Assembly (NCBI GenBank): GCA_951406725.2 | Contig: OX597835.1 | Span: 2,418,001-2,482,000, forward strand | DNA: 64,000 nucleotides | Origin: Octopus vulgaris | Taxonomy: Eukaryota | Direction: 5' to 3' | In this document: positions 13,480 to 28,334 of the stretch, in pieces | Numbering within the stretch: position 1 is the stretch's first letter | How the letters are laid out: each line of letters opens with the position of its first letter | The notes under the pieces: model-generated | What the model was told of the DNA's origin: nothing | Databases searched by the model: none | What the model saw: the letters and a program-made list of their open reading frames with translations, nothing else | Made by a program: the position numbers and the translations under genes

Positions 13480-14390
13480 AACTACTACTCATCTGCATTC
13501 CGTCCCCTTCAATTACCCCTAGGTACTTGTAGCCCTCCGCTGGGTCTAACTCTTTTATGACATGCTGCTGGTCAAGGTTAACGTTAGATGTTTCTGTCAT
13601 TTTTCCTTTGATAAAGGTAGCTTTTGCACATTTATCGAGGCCAAATTGCATTCTGATGTCATCACTGAATTGTTTGACAATTGCTAGTAAGCCCTTGAGC
13701 TGTTGGTCATTTTTTGCAAAGAGCTTTAAATCATCCATGTAAATGAGATGATTTATATTTTTATCCACCATTTTATATCCGTACTGTGCGTCATTGAGCA
13801 ATTTTGAGAGAAGTATTAAGGCTAAACAAAAGAGGAGTGGTGATAGTGAGTCACCCTAGAAAATGCCACATGAAATTTTTACATCACCAGCATTTAGGGA
13901 TTCATTGTCACTGTTCAAAGTTAGTGTGGTTCTCCATGATCTCATACTTACAGACAAAAAGTTTCGCAGAGTAGGTGCTATTTTATACATTTCCAGGCAT
14001 TTCTTAATCCAGCTATGTGGTAGGCTATCAAAAGCCTTTTTATAGTCTATCCAGGTTATTGATAAGTTTTTGTGTCGTTTGTGACAATCTTCTAAGAACA
14101 TCTTATCGATGAGTAGTTGATCTTTACAACCATAGGATCCACGTTTATACCCTTTCTGTTCATTAGGGAATATGCTGCTGTCTGTTAAAAAACTATAGGT
14201 ATATTCCGTCAGGATAGATGTTAGCGTTTTATACATAGTTGTTAAGCAGGTTATGGGTCTATAGTTTTTTGGTTCATTTGTTTCTTCACTTTTTGGAAGC
14301 AGGAATGTTAACCCATTAACTAGCCAAAGAGGCATCCTACTAGGGTGTTGCAAAACATCATTGTAAAGTTCTGTTAGCAGTTCATGGCTC
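13480..14390 (-). mobile_element. R4/Dong-like non-LTR retrotransposon RT fragment; endonuclease-end fragment at ~14880-15390
   Basis: NYRPITCL, EQKG, WIDYKKAFDSLPHSWI, GIF*GDSLSP, INHLIYMDDLKLFAK, FGLDKC, YKYLGV. Confidence 0.9.
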
Positions 14391-14644
14391 TCTATTATTA
14401 TTATTATTATTATTATTATATAGCAGTTCAATATTTGGTAGATTGAAACAAATTTCAACTGCACCACCTGCTACACCTGGGATGTGTGCAGCATTGTGTG
14501 TTCTTTATTGCTGTTGGGAGTGTACAATCTCTTACCGGTATTCTATTGTTTTAACATTCTTTTCTTGAGGTGTGGTGCTGTCTTTTGTTGCGTTACTGCT
14601 TGTATTGCGTATTGAGTGTGTAATGCTCTGATTTTCTGGATTGC

Positions 14645-14875
14645 TGCGGCGAGCTGGCAGAATCGTTAGCACGCCGGGCGAAATGCTTAGCAGTATTTCG
14701 TCTGCCGTTACGTTCTGAGTTCAAATTCCGCCGAGGTCGACTTTGCCTTTCATCCTTTCGGGGTCGATTAAATAAGTACCAGTTACGCACTGGGGTCGAT
14801 GTAATCGACTTAATCCGTTTGTCTGTCCTTGTATGTCCCCTCTGAGTTTAGCCCCTTGTGGGTAATAAAGAAATA
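14645..14875 (+). mobile_element. SINE family 2 with Nin/Deu-like core; other copies ~19435-19640(-), 23765-23985(+), 28105-28325(-), 37900-38110(+), 41260-41405(+), 50735-50950(-), 58155-58380(-), 59357-59590(+)
   Basis: Head ggcggcgagctggcagaatcgttag and core gaggtcgactttgcctttcatcctttcggggtcgat(t)aaataagtaccag, repeated across the window. Confidence 0.8.
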
Positions 14876-15738
14876 TGGATTGCTGGCGAGAGTTTATTTC
14901 ATTGGGTAAATGCTGTAGAGAGTGTGTCTTGTATTTGTGGGTTGTTTTGTTTAGGTTGTATTGTTGAATTGATAATATCGGGCGTAGGATGTGGGCTGTT
15001 CCTAGTAAGGCTATTTTTTGGACAGTGTATAATGCTGAGGATGCAGGTATAGCTTCTACATTTTTGTTTATATGATTTTTTTTTCTCTCATGCCCCAATG
15101 CTCCAATTGCTATTGTTTTACCTTTATGCCCCCACCCCCCACCACCACCACATTTTGAATACTTCAGTTTCGAGGTCTTTGTACTTCAGCAATATCTTCA
15201 CTTCTTTTTGGCAATATTTTGATCAGAAGCGACTGCAATATCTGTCAGTAAGCAGGTGCTTGACCATTACGTCTGGGCGATTAGCTTTTATTTCTTTGTC
15301 GGTTTGGACCAGCAAAGCTCAGATGATTGTGGCCCGGTCGTTGTCTTGCACCTTGCTTGGCACATGCTTATACCACCCGCTGTCAGTTTTGATCTTGTAA
15401 TGTTGGCATATTTGTCGACATAGCAAATGCAACACATGGCCTTTGCGTGGTTGCATTTCTCTCTTTTATGGAAGTCCACAGCATGAACTGTGTTCTTTTA
15501 TTGCGTTTCCAATTTACAGTTATACATCCAGCTAAGACTTCTGAACCATTTAGCAAGTAAGCTCTCATATACCACATGCGTATATGCATACAGATATATT
15601 TATGACTACATCTATACATACATAAATACATACACACACACACGGTCACACACATTTATATATACACACATATATATATATATACATATATGTATATATA
15701 CTTATATGTATATATACTTATACTTATATGTATATATA

Positions 15739-15797
<59 letters not shown>

Positions 15798-16495
15798 CAG
15801 TATCGCCCGGATTTGCTCGGGTTTGTTTCGACCCGCTGGAATTGGAATTTTTGAAAAGTAAAAATTTTGCATTATGTAACTTGTTATTCTCTTCAAGTGA
15901 ACATTTTTTCTGGTTGAAATACACCGAAAAGTGGCGACACAGCAGTGAAAAAATCGTAAAAAATAGGGATTTTCATAGACAAAAGCAACTTTTTGATGTA
16001 AATAATTTTTGGTGTTAACACGGTCCGATTTGAATTTTATTTTCTTCGGAAGGAAGAACAACATTCTTCTATCATACTCTCAATTTTGGTCAACTTGTGC
16101 CGCAGGGTCTCGGAGGAGATAGTGTTAGTTGAAGGCTACCAAATCTGCCGCACAGAAATTGTGTGAGGAGTAAATCGTTATGTATTTATTTGTTTCTGTT
16201 TGCTCTGTATTTTTTTGAGTAGTGGTTTAAGGTACACTTGCAAAGAGAAAGTAGGAGAAAGTGTGGTAATAGCAGGAGTGAAGCAGTTGAAATTAGAGAG
16301 GCAAATCGTAAAATATTTACTTTTCTCGAATGTTTGCTTAATTGGGGGTGAAATTGAAAAAACTTTATATGCCATGACCCAATCGAATCTACTTCGAAAA
16401 ATCATAGGTAAATTCCAAATGAAGAAATTCCATATTGTAGAATTGTATTAAAAACGAACATGGTAACAGACAGAGAAAATCTGCCTTTTATCATA

Positions 16496-16567
<72 letters not shown>

Positions 16568-17492
16568 ACCAGATAAGGAAGAGAAAGAGAGAAAGAGACA
16601 GATAGATAGATAGAAGATAGATAGGTAGAGAGGGCGAGAGAGAGAGAGAGAGAGTATTTTCAGAAAGGGGAGATGAAAAGTGACGAAAAAGCAGTGAAAG
16701 AAAGAGTTGTTGATTAATGCGGAGGAGGAGGAGGAAACTTTGCAAAAGACAGTCACAACATAAGAGGAGGAGGAGGGTTGGCGAAGTATAGAAACGGTAT
16801 AAGTATGAGCAGCTAGGTTAATTTGTTTAATTACTGAAAAATATCTGGATCCTTGTGCAAGGAAGATATACGGACCACTGAAATTCCAATGGGGGAATGT
16901 AAGAAGTAGGTAATGCTTAAACTCTTAATTTTTGCTCCTCGTGTGCAGATACGTAAAAGCGACGCCGAGTGTGTGTAGTGTTGATGATGCTAGCGATGGT
17001 GGTTCAATGGACTTTTTATTTGTACGTTTTGCTTTTGACTGCATGGTATGTATTCTTATGTCGAGTTTGTTGTGGTTTTGCTCTGACTGTAATCTTATTG
17101 AAGGCTTAAAAACAAGGAGGCTGACCGCTCGAATCGCTAACGTACTGGACAAAACGATTTGCGGTATTTTGTCCGTTTTTGGTTGTGAGTTCAGAAGTCG
17201 AGTTTGGTTTACATCGATTCGAAGTTTAAAAAAATTACTAGTCACGAACATTGGTCGATGAAAAAGTACAGGTAAAGGACCGAGGTGGATGTAAGTAGTT
17301 CCTTTCCCCCAAATTTCAGGCCTTACACCTGAACCGAAACGATTATTCACCGTTGCCGTTAACTATATTTTAGTTTATATGGAAATTCAGCTTTTTACGA
17401 TAGAATTGATTCAAGATTTAAGAATTTAGGTAACAGTGCTTGGCTTGTCTTAAATTGTTTTCTTTCTTATATTTTATTTGATTAGTTGCGCG

Positions 17493-17559
17493 ATGAAAAG
17501 AATTCTTGCACTCCTCTGCATTGGCGTACTCGTTTCAAGCACCTCGTCGCAGAAGCAAG
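17493..17559 (+). CDS. Gene C, coding exon 1 (signal peptide): MKRILALLCIGVLVSSTSSQKQ
   Basis: attag|ttgcgcgATG ... AAGCAAG|gtaaat; 67 nt, phase 1; typical signal peptide. Confidence 0.87.
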
Positions 17560-17854
17560 GTAAATATTCACCACCACCACCACCACCACCACCACTTCAA
17601 AGTAATTCTAGAGGTGGTGAGAGAAAAGGAGAGAGGAGTGGGGAGAGTCGTTGTTTTTTATGTTTTCAAAGGATGAGGGATTACTCACTCCCATCAAATT
17701 TTCTTGGCTCTTCTATCTTCCATACTATATTTATGGAAGCCCATCTTATTCTTGCGTTTAACATAATAATGTGCATTATCATTCATTTACTTTTTCCACG
17801 TTTATTTTCATTTTTATTAGTATGGCTGTTGGGATATTGTTATTATTTACTTAT

Positions 17855-18158
17855 GTGGAGGCGCGTGGCTTAGTGGTTAAGGCGCCAGCATCATGATCGT
17901 AAGATTGTGGTTTCGATTCCTGGACCGGGCGACGCTCATGGGCCCGGTTTCCCGGTTTCTATGGCGTATGCATTCCCCAGCTGGACGGGACGCCAGTCCA
18001 TCGCAGCGTTACTCATATTTGCCAGCTGAGTGGACTGGAGCAACGTGAAATGAAGTGTTTTGCTCAAGAACACAACGCGTCGCCCGGTCCAGGAATCGAA
18101 ACCACAATCTTACGACCATGATGCTGACACCTTAACTGCTAAGCCACGCACCTCCACT
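17855..18158. mobile_element. SINE family 3: a + strand head followed by an inverted copy; relatives at ~7545-7862(-), 10325-10528(+), 39360-39658(-), 62095-62372(-)
   Basis: tRNA-like head gtggaggcgcgtggcttagtggtta...ggtttcgattcc; 17855-17935 is the reverse complement of ~18078-18158. Confidence 0.75.
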
Positions 18159-18651
18159 CACGTGATGTTGATAGCCACAAATTGGCAAAACATCGATATC
18201 CATCATTCCTAAATCCTTCATAATCTCCAGATTTATCTCCAAAAGATTATCGCATATATCACCACATTGATCTTTTCACTTCTGACCTTGCAATCAAAGA
18301 AGAGGAGGGACCATATTTAAAGGACTTATGTATTCAAAGTACAACATGGTTTTCAGAAACGGAATTTATACTCTCTCAAAGTGATAGAGAAAGATGTTGA
18401 ACCTGATGGAGTCCAATTTGATTAATGAATAATGATTATAAATCATTTTCGCTTTTTTCCGTTCCAAGTGGCCATTTCATGTAGAACAACCAAATATAAT
18501 ACATATTATACGTATATTTCTCTGGTTATTTAAATATCCGCTGATAGTAGTTGAGCCATTTGTATATTTCTATACACCAGAAAATCTATCCGAAATCCTT
18601 GGATGTTTATTTACCTTTCAGTTTTAAGATGTCTTCTTATATCATATCCAG

Positions 18652-18706
18652 ATCGCAGTATGTCCGAGGCTAGGCCAGAAACAGACCATGACCGCCTGGA
18701 TGGAGG
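18652..18706 (+). CDS. Gene C, coding exon 2 (propeptide): DRSMSEARPETDHDRLDG(G)
   Basis: atatccag|AT...GG|gtaaga; 55 nt, phase 1/2, open frame. Confidence 0.83.
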
Positions 18707-19039
18707 GTAAGAAGTATATATTGACAATTGTTTGAGAATGGCGTCAGTAAAAGTGAAATAATTGTTATAATTCTTTTGTTAAACTGATTTATTTGTGTTA
18801 GGCTTATTTTGTAAAGAGTGTCTTGAGTCTTTGTGTAACAAAAATATAATCAGAAAATAGAGTAACTGTCTAGGGAAAAAAATGTTTTGTCTAAATGTTA
18901 AACAAAGGTATTTTCTACAGAGAATATACCTAAAATTTATTCTTATCAAATAAATACGCGAATAAAATGTAGAAGTAGTCTGTCTGACAAACGGATTTTG
19001 AAAGGAGGCCACAAGGCTGTAAAAACCCAACCACAGATA

Positions 19040-21960
19040 AACAAAACATTATTAGCTGACACAAGTTCTATAGAAATGGGAATCAACCAAGGATGTATCT
19101 TTCTTCCTATCATGCTTTTGCCTACGTTTTCCTGTTAAGTGCAACCAAAAACTGCTCTTAGATTGGTTACTATTGTGAGTGGAACCAAAATTAGTCATTT
19201 GCTCTCTTCACATCACATTGAGTTTTGTTCCAAATTCGTGATCCAGTTTCAGTACCATTATCGCGTTTGGGAAATACAAATATCCTAGAATAAATTTAGA
19301 TAATCATAGGAAGTCTAGGTTGGTAAATTTTGAAATTGAAATCAGCCATTGAAAGAAATAGAAACAGATTTTGTGGTGGAAATCAGGAGATGAGCAAAAG
19401 TGAACAGTTTCAGAATATTAAAATGAGAATACTCTTTTCTACTCTAGGCACAAGGCTAGAAATTTAATTTTTGGGGAGGGGCCAGTCGATTAGATCGACC
19501 CCAGAGCGCAACTGGTACTTAATTTATCGATCCCGAAAGGATGAAAGGCAAAGTCGACCTTGGCGGAATAACTCAGAACGTAGCGGCAGACGAAATACCG
19601 CTAAGCATTTCGTCCGGCGTGCCAACAATTCTGCCCACCATGTCTGCACATATGGTTGTGATGCATGAGCCTGGTGTACCCTTATCAGTTGGGTAGTCAT
19701 GATGGGTATACCGGGCTTCGTTTATTTTACCCCAGTGTCACTTTGATGGCATGCACTGCTCTCTCGCCCAATAAATATTATAATAATTACTGAAATCTGT
19801 AATCTTGACGGGAAAATACGAAAATTGTTGACGATGAATAGAATGCAGCACCGTAAGGCAGATGTAGAACGACTTTATCTGCCAAGAAAAGAGGATGGCC
19901 GTGGACTTTTACACCTTGACTAGACAATGAAGATTGCTAGAATTAGCCTAAACACTTACCTGAAAAACTCTGATGACTGGATGTTAAAACTTATCTCAAA
20001 ACAAGAAAACAAGAAAACCGCATACTCAGTAACAAAAGAGGCCGGGTAATATCCAAGTGAATTCCAAATATAGCGAGTCCCAGAATAAGACATACTGGAA
20101 ACATGCACAGAAAATGTCGAGCGTATGGAAACCTCTGCTAAAACTACAGCTTTAGACATTATTACTGATAAATGGCAAATATCCAAAGAGAGCTAATAAT
20201 GCTGATGTTGACAAAGCCCTTACCCATCAATGGTGAGTATTTTCTGGCTTAAAATCAGAGGCAGAAGATTTATCATAGCAGCCCAGGATCAATGCTTACC
20301 TACAAGAAACTACCAGGCTAACCATCTTAAAGAACGGCAGTAACCCAACATGTCGTGTACGTAAACAACAGGCTGAAGCCATCAATCATGTTGTCTCCAT
20401 GTGCAGCCTTCTTGCGCCTACACGGTATCTCAACAGGCACGACAGATCGGCACAGTATGACACAAACCACCTCCAGTGCTTGAACATGATCACATTTTCA
20501 GGCACTGGAGGTGGTTTGTGTCATACTGTGCCGATACTGTGCCGATGGGTATAGTCCAGTGCTTCTTGAGATATCTTGTCTACAGACAAACAAAGAAACA
20601 AATACGACTGAAAACAATACAATATTTTAATAATAAAAGCTTGCCAGGTCAGAAGGCATTTGGTTGTGAAGTGGTGAAATGATGAAGGCAATTCAACCTG
20701 AATCCAGTTGGGAATACTTGAGGCAGATGGAATCAAAGACAATGACGTGAAGGAGAAGACAAAAAGAGAGTAGCTGTGGTGAGCGAGAGAAATACTGGCT
20801 TCAAAGCTGAATGCCAGAAACACAATTTCGACAACAAACTCTCGCACAGTCACAGAAGTTCGGTATGGGACTGGAATCTTGAAGTGGACGAGGAGGAGGA
20901 GGTAAAGGCGATAGACAGGGTGTCAAGAAAGCTCCTAACGATGCGTGGAGCCCATCATCCACGCGCAGGCACTGATCGCCTATACATGAAGAGAGAAAAT
21001 GGAGAAAGGGGACTGATCAGTGTGGAAGACTGCGTGCTTATCGAACACGAGAGCTTAATGAGATACATAGCCCAAAGTAAGGAAACGTTGCTAGCGACAG
21101 CTAGGAACGAGTGAGTATTGAGAGCAGCGAAAAAGGGAAAACAAAGGAAGAAGTACAAAAAGGACACGAAGGAAGAATTACACAAGAAAGAACTACACAA
21201 TCAATTCCATGTAGCCACAACAGAAGTTGCTGGAAAAATAGGTGGGATTGGCTGTTGAAAGAAACTCTAAAAAAAAACCGGGAGCACTAAACTGGCAGCG
21301 CAGGACCAAGCTCTGGCCACGAACTGGAAGGTCAACCTGAGGAATGAGCAACTGTCTCCGCTGTGCCGCATCTGCAATAGAGTGGATGAAATCATTGTGT
21401 ATATCGTGAAGAAATGCCCTAGACTTGTTCAAAACCACTACAAGTTGTGGTGACATGACCAGGTAGCGAATGTGCTACACTGGAAACTGTGCGAAATTTG
21501 GGGGCTAGGGGGCAACAAGACGTGGTACGAGAACGAACCGAAGAGAGTGGCGGAGTCGGAGACTTGCAAAATCCTCTGAGGTTTCCTAATCCCAAACAGA
21601 TCAGCTGCAAGAGCACAACAGACCGGACCTGGTGGTGGTGGACGAGGTGCACCGCATATGCTATATTACTGATGTTGCATGCTCCTTTGACCCACGAATC
21701 GTGAAGAAGGAAGGCGAAAAAATAAATACAACCCTCTTAAGCTATGGAAAATAATGAAGGTGAAGACAGTGCCGATTAGTGCTGGGTCCTTGGGGTCAGT
21801 ATTAGAAGGCATCAAGAGCAATATAAAGGAAATTGGAATAGAGTGCCCAGTAGAATTGTTACAAAAGGTTGCCTCCTTGGCACGGCCAGAATAATCAGGA
21901 AAGTATTAGCTGAAAAGAGCGAATAGCACAGTGCCGTAGGCTGCAGGTAGTAAACCCGCT
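19040..21960 (+). mobile_element. Degenerate R4/Dong-like LINE 3' portions inside intron 2 of gene C; another fragment at ~23100-23290
   Basis: HHPRAGTDRLYMKRENGERGLISVE, AAQDQ, LCRIC, and KILWDFPIQ..NRPD-type restriction-like endonuclease motifs, with many stops. Confidence 0.8.
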
Positions 21961-22008
21961 ACGCACACAAGACTCCAAGAACTCCAACAAAACCTGTGAT
22001 GAAGGGAA

Positions 22009-22059
<51 letters not shown>

Positions 22060-22091
22060 TAATAATGATAATAATAATAATAATAATAATA

Positions 22092-22125
<34 letters not shown>

Positions 22126-22152
22126 TTAATAATAATAATAATAATAATAATG

Positions 22153-22183
<31 letters not shown>

Positions 22184-22246
22184 TAATAATAATGACAATA
22201 ATAATAATAATAATAAATAATAATAATGATAATAATAATAATAATA

Positions 22247-22332
<86 letters not shown>

Positions 22333-22661
22333 TAATAATAATAATAATAATAATGATAATAATAATGATAATAATAATAATAATGATAATAATAATGATA
22401 ATAATAATAATAATGATAATAATAATGATAATAATAATAATAATGATAATAATAATAATGATAATAATAATAATAATAATGATAATAATAATAATAATAA
22501 TGATAATAATAATAATGATAATAATAATAATAATAATAATGATAATAATAATAATAATAATGATAATAATAATAATGATAATAATAATAATTATAATAAT
22601 AATGATAATAATAATAATAATAATGATAATAATAATAATAATAATGATAATAATAATAATG

Positions 22662-22701
<40 letters not shown>

Positions 22702-22727
22702 TAATAATAATAATAATAATAATAATC
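22009..22727. repeat. (AAT/GAT)n microsatellite
   Basis: Read directly. Confidence 0.95.
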
Positions 22728-22978
22728 AATTCTTTTTTATTGGCCACAAGGGCTGACACGCATGATTACATAAAGGGACAAGACAGGACGAAAGTTTACA
22801 AAGGGTTTTGTCCGTTTGTTAAAAAATCCGTGTAAAAAACTTTATAACAATGATTATTAAAACAATGAAAAACTCCCAAAAGGGGGAGACGTTTCGAAAA
22901 GTTCCTGGTGGAAAAAACCCTACAAAAGCCAACGGGAGCCTGGTCTAATAATAATAATAATAATAATAATAAATGATG

Positions 22979-23012
<34 letters not shown>

Positions 23013-23054
23013 TAATAATAATAATAAATGATAATAATAATAATAATAATAATG

Positions 23055-23099
<45 letters not shown>

Positions 23100-23518
23100 T
23101 GGGAGCTAGAGAGAGGCAAAACGGGGTATGAGCACAAACCGCAGAGTGTTGGGGAGTCAGAGACTTGCAAAATCCTCTGGGATTTCCCAATCCAAGCAGA
23201 TCAGGTGCTAGGGCATAACAGACCGGACTTCGTGGTGGTTGACAAGGTGCACCACATGTGCCATATAGTTGATGGTTGCATGCCCCTTATGATTTGCATT
23301 CGTCTTTTGACAGTCCCGCTTCTGTTGCGACAGAAGCAGGATTGGAAACACCACAATGTTAACACAATCAAAGAAGAATCAAAGTAACTATAGAATCATC
23401 TCATCGGAACGATAGCAATTTAGAGGCTTCGGATATAAAATATGTTTCTATAGTACAGTTGCAACATACCTGGTGTCTTTAGATTGCTAAAATTTCTAAT
23501 TATTTTCTCTGTTTACAG

Positions 23519-23738
23519 AAGAAGCAGATATAGGAGAGCCAACATATGCCAAAGATTGACGTGTAATAATCCAGGTGAATCATGCTGTCATGGTCAAAAG
23601 TGTTTATGTACAGGCCTCTGGTCCTACTGCCACTGCAAATATTCGAGCTGCGCAATAGTTGCGATACATAATTATATATGTATAGGTATTTGTTTGTTAG
23701 CTTTTCTTCTACATGTAGTATGGACCTGTCCGATCTAA
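23519..23738 (+). CDS. Gene C, coding exon 3: RSRYRR|ANICQRLTCNNPGESCCHGQKCLCTGLWSYCHCKYSSCAIVAIHNYICIGICLLAFLLHVVWTCPI*
   Basis: ttttctctgtttacag|A, phase 2; furin-type RYRR; 8-Cys knottin; hydrophobic tail. Joined CDS 67+55+220=342 nt gives 113 aa. Confidence 0.88.
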
Positions 23739-24329
23739 GTGCCGCGTTTATTATTAAACATCGTAAAGGCGGCGAGCTGGGAGAATCGTAAGCACGCCGG
23801 ACGAAATGCTAAGCAGTATTTCTTCCGTATTTACATTCTGAATTCAAATTCCGCTGAGGCCGACTTTGCCGTTCCTCCTTTCGGGGTCTATAAATTATAT
23901 ACCAGTTGCATACTGGGGTCGATCTGATCGACTGGCTCTCTCCCTCAAAATTTCGGGCCTTGTGCCTAGAGTAGAAAAGATTATTCAACATCATATAAAA
24001 CTAATAAAATAAAGTCTGAATTAAAATGTTAAGACAAATTTTTTGCGTTCATTCGTCGTACATATGTTCATATATAAATGTTCTTTGCGTAAATCAGACA
24101 ATCAGACAAGATATATTTGCATATAAAGGATCATTGTGTAATGTATATATGCAAATGCGTTGTAGTATGCCCGAAACAAAGTTTCTTCTTTGAACATTAC
24201 TCTCGTTCAATGAACAATATCGTTATGTGAAATTGAGAAAACACTAATTTTACAGGACACACGCAAAGTCTGCTATGAAAAAATGTAAAAAATTATATTT
24301 ACGCATCATGCAGTTAAGAAATTATTGAG

Positions 24330-26590
24330 ATGGAGTTTCGGAACAGAACACCCACATAAGTTTAATTTTCTCCGCTTTGACAGGGATCTTCCGAATTTTA
24401 TTTTTCACTCAGACCTTCGAGGTAATGTGTTGGTGGGGACTTTTTATGAAAAATGTTGAAAAATTAATTTTTTTTCTTCACCTCAACCCCATTCTCCCGG
24501 CAGATATTGGTGAATTTTTTTGGCATTAGGCACTTAAAAACAACGAGAGAAGCCTTTTCGGTAAAAAGAAAATTTCAAACAGAAAACTGTGTGATTTAAG
24601 GGCGATTTGGCTGCTTCTGGCTCATCCTCTTTTCTTTGTCCCTGTCACATACTCTTAAGTCTTTTACTTGTTTCAGTTATTTGACTGCGGCCATGCTGGA
24701 GCACCGCCTTTAATCGAGCAACTCGACTCCGGGACTTATTCTTTTGTAAGCCCAGTACTTATTCTATCGGTCTCTTTTGCCGAACCGCTAAGTGACGGGG
24801 ACATAAACACACCAGCATCGCTTGTCAAACAATGCTATAGGGGGACAAACACAGACACACAAACACACACACACGCATATATATATATATACATATATAC
24901 GACGGGCTTCTTTCAGTTTCCGTCTACCAAATCCACTCACAAGGCTTTGGTCGGCCTGAGGCTATAGTAGAAGACACTCGCCCAAGGTGCCACGCAGTGG
25001 GACTGAACCCGGAACCATGTGGTTGGTAGACAAGCTACTTACCACACAGCCACTCCTGCGCCTATGTATTGATATTTTTCCATAACTGTCTTTCCATAAG
25101 TACATTTTATGGAATGACGATACGGAAGTAACGGTACATTGCAGCGATTTAAACAATAGCAAAAAATTTGAAATTTAAATCCCCCACCCCACCCCACCCT
25201 ACCAAGCGAGGTCATGTGTGTGTGTGTGTGTGTGTGTAAGAAGGCACACATGGTGGAGATGTAAAGAGAACCCTTTCCTCTTAAAGCTTTTTTTCTACAG
25301 AATCCCACGTTTTATGCTATGGGGATTCCGATTATGAAAAACAATTTTCAAAAAATCGCAACTTCAAAATTTCAATCCCCCAACCATTTGTTCCTTCTTC
25401 ACTTTTTCCGGAAATTGTTTTTCGCGAAATACATAGAAAAATACGGAGATTATTATTCTGAAGGAAAAAAAAAAGTTTGTAAAATTTCAATTTTCCAAAA
25501 AGAAAAAAAAAATACTCCAACCCCTCCTCTCCCGATTCTACGGCCTTGGTCTTCAAGCAAGCTATCCACATGGGAGGATAGGCCATCAAATGTGGGTTGT
25601 TGGGTGTTATGACACCACTGTGAAGAAAGGGTTTTTTACAGCGCGTACCCGACACAGCAACACTGGAAGCTGTGATAATGGAAAATGCGTTGCTCGGTTC
25701 TGTAATTCATATAGAAATTTACAACAGCTTTGGTTATATTCACCGAACGGTAAACCATTCGCAGAATTTCGTTGACTCTGAAACCGGCGCTTGCACAAAC
25801 GGTCAACATAAAGATCTTCACTCGTGAACAAAAGAAAAATTAACAATGGATATATATTGACTTTTTTTTTACGGAATCTCACGTTTTTGGTTATGGAGGA
25901 TCTGATTCTGAAAAAAAAAAAAAATTTTAAAATCGCATTTTCAAAATTTCAACTACCACCCCCTTCTTCATTTTTCACTTTTTCCAGAATTTTTTTTTTC
26001 CGCACAAACCACATTGAGGCCTTATTGGTCACGAATCGGAAGACGGTTAAAATATGTCACTGGATCATCGGGCAATATGAAATAGTCCCGCGTCGATGAA
26101 TCGATCTATCGAGAAATGTATGGATTTACTACGGTTAAGAAAAATTTCCAGAATTTCTGTACATTTCTCAAACACGTTGCCGAAGTATATTCCGGCTAAA
26201 CTCCGCTGGCGTCCATGGCGGAGGTTTCCAGTTGGAAAAAAAAAAACGAACGAACGAACACTTTAATTTCATTTTGTCAGAGTATTTATTTGCTATTTGA
26301 AATTTTGAAGTTGCGGTTATTGGATGTGCTAGAAACAACAGCTAAATCTCGCTTAAATCGCACAACTTTTCTTGTGAAAATATAATTTTTTTAAACCGTA
26401 AAAGCTTCTCCAATCGTTTTTAAGTGCGTACTACAAAAAAAAAAAAAAAAAAGCCAAAATCGGTCTGGATGGGAGCAAGGAGGAGAAAGTAGGGAGTGAT
26501 AAAAAAATTAGATCGTGGTAAAAAAAGAATCTAGAAAAATCCCCGTCAAACGGAAAAAATCCGACATGGGATGTTCTGATCCGAAACTCT
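24330..26590. mobile_element. Old foldback/TIR-like element with degenerate inverted ends, internal direct repeats and a nested SINE
   Basis: 24330-24620 resembles the reverse complement of 26325-26590; ~25300-25440 resembles ~25870-26015. Confidence 0.45.
24650..25066 (-). mobile_element. SINE family 1
   Basis: Full-length reverse copy. Confidence 0.85.
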
Positions 26591-28334
26591 ATTATTGAAA
26601 TTATTCACTACTCATTTTGCCCCAATTAAGATATTTTTGAAAATGTAAAATTATCAAATAAGACAATTAATATTCTTTTCTCCATTCCCCCCCCCTACTT
26701 AGTATGGGGGAAAATTGGAGAAAAGAATATTAATTGTTAAACACCGTATTACACTGGTCTTAGAGGTATTCTTCGTTGAGTGATCTTACACTAATGTCGG
26801 TTGAATAAAAACAATTTAACCAACGCTTTATATACTGAATTATTTATATATTTGCTCAAAGAGAAACAAATTATTCTGTGAATCTTCTCAATTAAAAAAG
26901 ATTTTCTGAATGTTGTTTTTCGAGAAAATTTCAATTTGTAATCTCAATCATTATGATGGAAATTTTTTCTTACCTTTTTCACAAATTCACAAGCTCGATA
27001 ATAATTCTGTGACTGGTGGGAATAAAATCTTTTAATTTTTATTTCCGTTCTTCTAACCACAACCACGGCAACAACAATATGTTTTCTCTTCAAGTCCTTT
27101 GCAACAACAGCAACAACAACTGACCCAGACCTTAACCTCTGAAACTCTTTAATTCAACCACAATTGATAAAAAGGCTTATTGAAATTTCAGCTTTGTAGA
27201 TTGCCTTTGCTACACACCAACAAGAACCACGACAATTACAACTAAAACCCCTCTACTGACCAATTCTACAGTATACCCGCGCGCATGCGCACACATACAC
27301 ATGTACACGACGCACACATGCGTTTGTAAATTGCCCGCTAGTTTTCACATACCACTAAATCAAAGGAAATTAGATTTATTGCCTTTTTTTTTTAGCGCAA
27401 GCTGTTGTCGCTAAAGTGTCTAAAATTTCATGAAATAAAACATAGATGTGAAGGTTTTTTTTTGTTTTGTTAAAAGTATCCTTTTCAACAACTGTCTACA
27501 AACACAGCCAAGCTTCCAGGATTGAATAAAAAATTCTCAAACTTGAGGGGATGGGCCCCCATATATGGATTCTAATGGCGCAGGGGCCAACTTGCCAACG
27601 GGCAAGCTGGCAACCTGGCCAGTCCGCCATTGTCAATACATATTGTATAAAAACCTGGAAGCTGACGAGCTTGCTCGCGTGATTGTGTAAACAGACAATA
27701 ATCACAATACATTTTACATATAAAGAAAATGAATTTCTAGGGTCGCACATAGAATTGTCTTGATGGCATTCTACAATATGGATGACGTATTTTATAAGGT
27801 AGAGTTGTATTGATTATGAGTATGCATATCTCGTATAGGCGGTCCAGAGGTTACGCTCTATAGAGTAGCAGTCCTATCATCGGGTTAGTCTGTGGTGTAA
27901 GGTTCATGGTTCATGTGCATTAAGGTGTCACTCAGGTTGTGTGTGTGTGTGGGGAATCATCGGACTTATATGTTCCTCGTTGTTGATTGGTGATCTTTAT
28001 GTGCTGTTCCTATCGTAATCTGAAAAGATGTGTCTGTTTGCGTGCATGCATCTTGTTAATCTCTCCGTAAATCGATTAATGATCCTATCTTTCGTCAACA
28101 ATATATCTTTCTTTACTACCCACAAGGGGCTAAACACAGAGAGGACAAACAATGACAGAAAACAGATCAAGTCGATTATATCGACCCCAGTACGTAACTG
28201 TTACTTATTTAATCGACCCCGAAAGGATGAAAGACAAAGTCGACCTCGGCGGAATTTGAACTCAGAACATAGCGGCAGACGAAAGCATTTCGCCCGGCGT
28301 GCTAACGATTCTGCCAGCTCGCCTATTTCGTCAA

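Noticed and set aside
17560-17873. Read-through of the 131-aa ORF with poly-Pro after the signal peptide
   Set aside because: Intron sequence ((CCA)n microsatellite) after the conserved AAGCAAG|gt donor.
25590-25882. Overlapping short Cys-containing ORFs
   Set aside because: They lie inside a degenerate repeat with no splice or processing signals and no family framework.
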